Shown here: positions 58,732 to 64,000 of the stretch, one piece after another
How the letters are laid out: each line of letters opens with the position of its first letter
Position numbering within the stretch: the first letter of the stretch is position 1
Assembly: GCF_046105845.1 (NCBI RefSeq)
Contig: NZ_CP151004.1
Reading direction: 5' to 3' (one strand)
Length of the DNA stretch: 64,000 bases
Source of the DNA: Escherichia coli
GTDB lineage: Bacteria; Pseudomonadota; Gammaproteobacteria; Enterobacterales; Enterobacteriaceae
The notes under the pieces: generated by a model
Database searches by the model: none
What the model was told of the DNA's origin: nothing
The model's input: only the letters and a program-made list of their open reading frames with translations
Position numbers and translations under genes: made by a program

Positions 58732-59079
58732 TTCATTTTGCCTGTCGTTAAGTAACTAAAGCCAAGTATGCTGTTGGTAAATATTGGTTGTCAATTGAGA
58801 TCTAAATCACAAAATTTATAACTGATTGATTTTTATGATAAAAAAAACCAATAAAAACAAATAAAAAATAAATTAAGCCAATTGAGACAAATTGGGATTG
58901 TACAGTGGCGTTGTAATGAATAATAAAAACTCATTTATTATCAATCGGATATATGGTTTTTGAACTATTGTCTTTATTGGGTTTATTTGTACTTTCCACT
59001 GTTAGTGTTTGTTTTTGTTTGCATCATCTGTGCTATGCTTGGCGTTTTCTAAGATGGGTAATAGATTTCAGGAGGAAGG

Positions 59080-59835
59080 ATGTATCTGGTTGATGAAAGG
59101 CGAAAGTTAATACTTGAAGACTTAATGTCGGCAGGTACGGTCTATGTCAGTGATCTTGCACGAAAGTATGAAGTAACGTATGAGACCATCAGGAAAGATT
59201 TGACCCATCTTGAACAAAAAGGGCTGCTGATCAAAAGCCATGGTGGGGCGACTTTAAAGCAAAGGGCCATAGAGCATCCCTTTCAGGTCAGGGAAAAAGA
59301 AAATAACTCTTATAAGAAGGCGATAGCTCGTAAAGCGCTTGATTTCATTCCGCCTAATAGTTCGATGATTATCGGTACGGGCAGTACCACTTTTGAGCTG
59401 GCTAACCTGTTATGTATGAAGTCTGGGTTTAAAATCTTCACAGATTCGCTCCCCGTTGCCAGTGTGTTGATTGAATCTGACAATCAGGTTTTTCTCTTTG
59501 GCGGCGAACTGCGTAGAAAGAGTTCCTCAGTGTTTGGGGGGTGGGCGGTATCTATGATCAACGATATACATGTTGATCTCTGTTTCATTGGAACCGACGG
59601 TTTTAGTAACATGACTGGTCCATCGACGCCTTCTTCTTCTGATGCGTTTTTGGATCGCACGATAATTTCGCACTCAGACAAAAAATATATCCTCGGTGAT
59701 TACACCAAGTTTGAGCGCAGCAGTTTGTTTAAGATCTGCGACTGGTCGGAGATCACCGCCCTTATTACCAACGATCATGCCGACAAAGAGGGGATTGCCG
59801 AAGTCGCAAAATACACGTCAGTAATAACCTGTTAG
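59080..59835 (+). CDS. DeoR-family transcriptional repressor
   Basis: 251 aa; N-terminal HTH and DeoR C-terminal sensor domain; divergent from the isomerase-PTS operon. Confidence 0.85.
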   Translation: MYLVDERRKLILEDLMSAGTVYVSDLARKYEVTYETIRKDLTHLEQKGLLIKSHGGATLKQRAIEHPFQVREKENNSYKKAIARKALDFIPPNSSMIIGTGSTTFELANLLCMKSGFKIFTDSLPVASVLIESDNQVFLFGGELRRKSSSVFGGWAVSMINDIHVDLCFIGTDGFSNMTGPSTPSSSDAFLDRTIISHSDKKYILGDYTKFERSSLFKICDWSEITALITNDHADKEGIAEVAKYTSVITC

Positions 59836-60172
59836 AACTCACTACGACACGCCTTCTCTCTTCGAATCAGCTTTGCCAAATGTAATCATTTCATAATTAT
59901 CAAGTGAGCATCCATGGCGATGCTTGCTTAGCGCCCTCTATTGAATACATCCTCTACATATTGCCAGTTTCACTTCATTTTTAGCGACGAAATCATTTTT
60001 TGAATCACGATTTGCTCATATGAGCGTAAATAGTGTCGCCATTATGTGATTTTTTGTGATCTGGATTTAATTTCTCAGATCTCGTCATTTGTCCACAGGA
60101 TCGTTGTGCTATAACTGCTCATATGAAGGTTGTTCAATGCTCATGTGAGCATTGGGGGTGAGGGGGAAGGAT

Positions 60173-60616
60173 ATGATATCGATCAGTGTTGCCGATGGTG
60201 CGGGACTACAGAACTACGATGCCGTGCTTGAACATATTTATAACACGCATCGTGAAACGAATACGGTGAAAGAGAGCTGGCTCAATGCTATGCGTAAACG
60301 CGAAGCGGAATATCCGACAGGAATAGAACTGGAAGGTTATTCTATCGCTATACCACACTGTGATAGTGAACATGCGAATCAACCGGCTATTTACATCATC
60401 CGTCTGCCAGACGCAATACCTGTGAACAGGGCTGATGAAGATGGAATATTGTGGGTCAGACTGGTCGTTAATATCATTGTTACGGATCCTGCTGACCAGC
60501 TTCGATTGTTAAAGTCATTATTTAACCATCTCCAAAATGAAGAATTCTACCAAAACTTACTGACACTTCCCGTCGAGGATGCAAAAGCACTTTTTGTATC
60601 CAGGATAATCCAATAG
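60173..60616 (+). CDS. PTS EIIA component (type 2)
   Basis: 147 aa from the ATG preceded by AGGGGGAAGG; His in IAIPHCD; ORF-track TTG start lies 7 codons upstream. Confidence 0.8.
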   Translation: MISISVADGAGLQNYDAVLEHIYNTHRETNTVKESWLNAMRKREAEYPTGIELEGYSIAIPHCDSEHANQPAIYIIRLPDAIPVNRADEDGILWVRLVVNIIVTDPADQLRLLKSLFNHLQNEEFYQNLLTLPVEDAKALFVSRIIQ

Positions 60617-60634
60617 TAAAAACTGGAGTTTATT

Positions 60635-60928
60635 ATGATTAATATTCTTGTTGCTTGTGGTAGCGGTGTCGCTACATCTACGCTTGCTGCTGATGAAGTG
60701 AAGTCAGTATGTGCTGAATATGGTATTACGGCATTTAAAATCAACAAATGCAGTATGGCTGAACTTTCTTCTGAGATGGCTCATGCAGATATTGTACTCA
60801 CAACTAATAATTATAAAGGTGATATTGGGAAACCACATATGAGCGTTGCAGGTTTTGTAACGGGTATTAATGAAGGAGCATTACGCAAGAAATTAGGAGA
60901 GTTATTAACTGAATTAGCAAATAGCTAA
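60635..60928 (+). CDS. PTS EIIB component (galactitol-type)
   Basis: 97 aa; active-site Cys in ILVACGSGVATS. Confidence 0.85.
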   Translation: MINILVACGSGVATSTLAADEVKSVCAEYGITAFKINKCSMAELSSEMAHADIVLTTNNYKGDIGKPHMSVAGFVTGINEGALRKKLGELLTELANS

Positions 60929-60948
60929 ACCTGACAGGAATAATAAAA

Positions 60949-62202
60949 ATGGAAATGTTGAAAAATTTAATGGAAACAATCACCGGAATGGGGGCGACTG
61001 CAATACTGCCGCTGGTGATATTTATTTTAGGTCTGGTGTTCAGAATGAAACCAGGTGCCGCGATCAAGTCGGGCATCACCGTCGGTATTGGTTTTATTGG
61101 TTTAGGTTTAGTTGTTGGTTTATTAAATAGTTCATTACAGCCAGCTATCGAGTATTACTCAAAAGTAGGCAGTGGTTTTACGGTTGCAGATATTGGTTGG
61201 CCAGCAGTCGGTGCGGCTGCATGGGTAGCACCTTTTGCCGCATTAGTGATACCAGTTGGCATCGTACTTAACCTGATTCTGGTGCGCCTGAAATTAACCA
61301 AAACGTTAAATGTTGATATCTGGAACTATATGCATTTTTTAGTTCCGGGCGCTCTGGCATATTTTGTGTTCGACAGTTTTATCATCGGCTTCTCTGTCGC
61401 GGTGGCTTTGAGTATTGCGGCCCTGTTTATTGGCGATTTGATTGCGCCCAGATGGCAAAAATATTATGGACTCGAGGGAACAACCTGTACCACGATGATT
61501 CATATCGGCTGGACTCTACCGTTCGCCTGGGTAGTAAATAAAATCATTGATTACATCCCTGGGTTAAATAAGTTAGATGTTGACTTAAACAGTGTGCAAA
61601 AACGCCTGGGTGTCTTTGGTGAACCTGCAATTATCGGTGTTATCGTTGGCGCATTACTCGGAGTTTTAACGAAACAGGCAATTACCACAATTGTTCCCAT
61701 GGCGATGGGGGTTGCTGGTGTAATGGTATTGTTACCTAAAGTGGTCGGTGTGCTGATGGAAGGTCTTAACCCGATTGGGAAAAGTGCCAAAGAAATCATG
61801 CAAAAACAGATGGGTAAAGATGCTGAATTAAACATCGGTATGGATTGTGCACTGGCGTTGGGGGATCCGGCGACGGTCACCGTGACAGTCATTACCATTC
61901 CTTTAACTATGCTATGTGCTCTGGTATTGCCTGATATTAAGATCTTCCCAATTGGCGTATTGATGTCAATTATTTATATGACCACCATGACCGTAATGGC
62001 GAGCAACGGTAACGTGATTCGTTCGATTATCTCGACCTTGTTATTCTGCGTTGTAGTGATGTATTTAGGCGGTTATGTCGCACCAGGGGCAACGCAATTT
62101 TTAGCTGGAGCCGGTGTAGGCTTGCAAGGACAAGGTACTGATTTTGTATTAACCGGCCCGTGGGAAATTTTAACCTATTGGTTGAGCACCGTATTACATT
62201 GA
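60949..62202 (+). CDS. PTS EIIC permease (galactitol family)
   Basis: 417 aa polytopic membrane protein. Confidence 0.85.
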   Translation: MEMLKNLMETITGMGATAILPLVIFILGLVFRMKPGAAIKSGITVGIGFIGLGLVVGLLNSSLQPAIEYYSKVGSGFTVADIGWPAVGAAAWVAPFAALVIPVGIVLNLILVRLKLTKTLNVDIWNYMHFLVPGALAYFVFDSFIIGFSVAVALSIAALFIGDLIAPRWQKYYGLEGTTCTTMIHIGWTLPFAWVVNKIIDYIPGLNKLDVDLNSVQKRLGVFGEPAIIGVIVGALLGVLTKQAITTIVPMAMGVAGVMVLLPKVVGVLMEGLNPIGKSAKEIMQKQMGKDAELNIGMDCALALGDPATVTVTVITIPLTMLCALVLPDIKIFPIGVLMSIIYMTTMTVMASNGNVIRSIISTLLFCVVVMYLGGYVAPGATQFLAGAGVGLQGQGTDFVLTGPWEILTYWLSTVLH

Positions 62203-62224
62203 TTTAATAATCTGGAGTTTTAAC

Positions 62225-62869
62225 ATGGCAAAAATATTACCTTCTATATTTGGCGCGGATATTTTACGCCTGAAAGATGAAATTCATTTTCTGGAAGAGG
62301 AACAAACCGAAATATTGCACGTTGATTTAATGGATGGCACTTACGTCAGTAATATTGCCTTTGGCCCAAATCAAATTGCAGCAATGAAAAAAGCCAGTTC
62401 GATGATCTTTGACGTGCATATGATGCTGGCAAATCCTGAGCGACATATTGATGATGTAATCAATACCGGGGCGGAGATGATTTCTGTACATTATGAGTCG
62501 ACGCCACATGTGCATTATATTATTCAAAAAATCAAAAAAGCGGGGCGCAAAGCAGGTGTTGTGCTTAATCCTGGGACACCTGAATCTGTCATCGAGTATT
62601 TATTAGATGATATTGATTATATATTGTTAATGACAATTAATCCGGGGCAACTAGGCCAGACATTTATTCATAAAAGCCTGGAGAAAATCCGTAACACCAA
62701 AAAATTGATATCTGGCAGAGATATTCAAATTGAAGTGGATGGTGGCGTTAATCTTGATAATGTGAAACAAGTTAAAGAAGCGGGGGCTGACCTTATTGTT
62801 GTTGGCGGTGCATTATTTAACAAACAGCCTCATGAAAGTTATCAGGCATTAAAAATCGCTGTTCAGTGA
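62225..62869 (+). CDS. ribulose-phosphate 3-epimerase family protein
   Basis: 214 aa TIM-barrel epimerase signature (HVDLMDG, MTINPGQ). Confidence 0.85.
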   Translation: MAKILPSIFGADILRLKDEIHFLEEEQTEILHVDLMDGTYVSNIAFGPNQIAAMKKASSMIFDVHMMLANPERHIDDVINTGAEMISVHYESTPHVHYIIQKIKKAGRKAGVVLNPGTPESVIEYLLDDIDYILLMTINPGQLGQTFIHKSLEKIRNTKKLISGRDIQIEVDGGVNLDNVKQVKEAGADLIVVGGALFNKQPHESYQALKIAVQ

Positions 62870-62964
62870 TCATAATCTAAAAATTTTACATCCAGCTAAG
62901 TGAGGTTTTCGATTTCATATCGGGAGGAAAACCCCAACTAAAAAGTCTTTAATGGAGAAAAGTA

Positions 62965-63717
62965 ATGAGTAATTTTGCAGGTAAAGTGGTTTTAGTTACC
63001 GGAGGTGCTCACGGTATTGGCAAAGGGATAGCTAAACAATTTGCTGATCGTGGTGCACATACTGTTATTGTTGACTATAACGAAGAGAACGGCAAGGCCA
63101 CTGCAGCAGAGTTAACTTTTGGCGATGTTAAATCGCTGTTTGTTAAAACAGATGTCTCCGATCCACAGGCATTAGTGGATGTACGGGAAAAAGTATTTGC
63201 TACCTTTGGTCGTATTGATGTGTTGATATTAAATGCCGGTGTGGCATTTGCCAATAAAGTTAACAATATTTCTTTTGAGGAATGGAATAAGACTATCGCA
63301 ATTAACTTATCGGGATTATTTAATACCGTTAAGGCATTTTATGATGATTTCCTGACAAATAAGGGATCTATTGTTTATATCTCATCGGGATCAGCGCTTT
63401 CGGGGACTGGGGGCGGCGTGAGCTATCCTGCCAGTAAAGCGGGAGGCGAAGGATTGATTCGTGGTCTGGCAAAAGAGTTAGGACCAAAAGGCGTAAATGT
63501 TAATGCGATTGCTCCCCGCTTAATAGACACCGGAGATATGATGCGGGTCAACTATCCAACACAAGCCGATTTAGACGCTGTCCTGGAAAAAATACCCGTC
63601 CGTCGTCTGGGGACTATCGATGATGTGGCTAACCTGGCAATATTTTTGGCAGATAAAGATAACTCTTATATTCAGGGACAAACCATTTTAATGGATGGTG
63701 GCCGGACTATTGCTTAA
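62965..63717 (+). CDS. short-chain dehydrogenase/reductase (SDR)
   Basis: 250 aa; TGGAHGIGK NAD-binding motif and YxxxK catalytic motif (YPASK). Confidence 0.88.
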   Translation: MSNFAGKVVLVTGGAHGIGKGIAKQFADRGAHTVIVDYNEENGKATAAELTFGDVKSLFVKTDVSDPQALVDVREKVFATFGRIDVLILNAGVAFANKVNNISFEEWNKTIAINLSGLFNTVKAFYDDFLTNKGSIVYISSGSALSGTGGGVSYPASKAGGEGLIRGLAKELGPKGVNVNAIAPRLIDTGDMMRVNYPTQADLDAVLEKIPVRRLGTIDDVANLAIFLADKDNSYIQGQTILMDGGRTIA

Positions 63718-63731
63718 AAAGGGAGAGGAAA

Positions 63732-64000
63732 AATGAGTGTTCAGGAAAATACTCTTAATATTCTGCATGAATTAGAGAGTAATGCACTGAAGATTGACGA
63801 TGCTCAGGCTGCACAGTTTATTTCGCAAATCAGAAATGCCCGGCATATTTTTTTGCAGGGAGCTGGGCGCAGTGGCATTGCTATTCGCGCTTTTGCTAAT
63901 CGCTTGCTGCATTTAGGTTTTTCAGTAAGCGTTGTGGGAGAAATATCATCACCGCATACCCAACCTGGAGATCTATTAATTATTGGGTCAGGCAGTGGTG
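63732..64000 (+). CDS. SIS-domain sugar-phosphate isomerase, 5' portion (runs off window end)
   Basis: ATG at 63732; GAGRSGIA phosphosugar-binding motif typical of SIS domains. Confidence 0.7.

Overview
This window reads as an Escherichia coli-type chromosomal segment (assignments made by eye from protein sequence, no searches run). Most of it is core genome; three blocks are accessory. Order along the + strand: (1) an AT-rich O-antigen gene cluster: rfbD (3' part), rfbA, rfbC, four glycosyltransferases, wzx, an unassigned ORF with weak ATP-grasp-like motifs, wzy and a GalE-family 4-epimerase, then gnd, ugd, a reverse-strand gla-like UDP-glucuronate 4-epimerase, a duplicated ugd 3' fragment, and wzzB. 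(2) The complete histidine operon hisGDCBHAF-I with hisL and its attenuator on the minus strand, then yeeZ, yeeY, plaP, yeeE, yeeD, sbcB, dacD, sbmC (with a LexA box), yeeA and yeeX. (3) A 1,2-propanediol utilisation microcompartment operon pduABCDEGHJKLMNOPQSTUV on the minus strand, with divergent pduF and pocR, a cobalamin-riboswitch-like leader with no cbi genes behind it, then cobUST and erfK/ldtA. (4) A carbohydrate island with SorC and DeoR regulators, two galactitol-family PTS EIIABC sets, and sugar-phosphate isomerase, epimerase, SDR and SIS genes, running off the window end. The most interesting candidates are the unassigned ORF inside the O-antigen cluster, the ugd 3' duplication next to gla, the orphan B12 leader, and a recurring palindrome in the PTS island. 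No tRNA, rRNA, CRISPR array, integrase or transposase was recognised.
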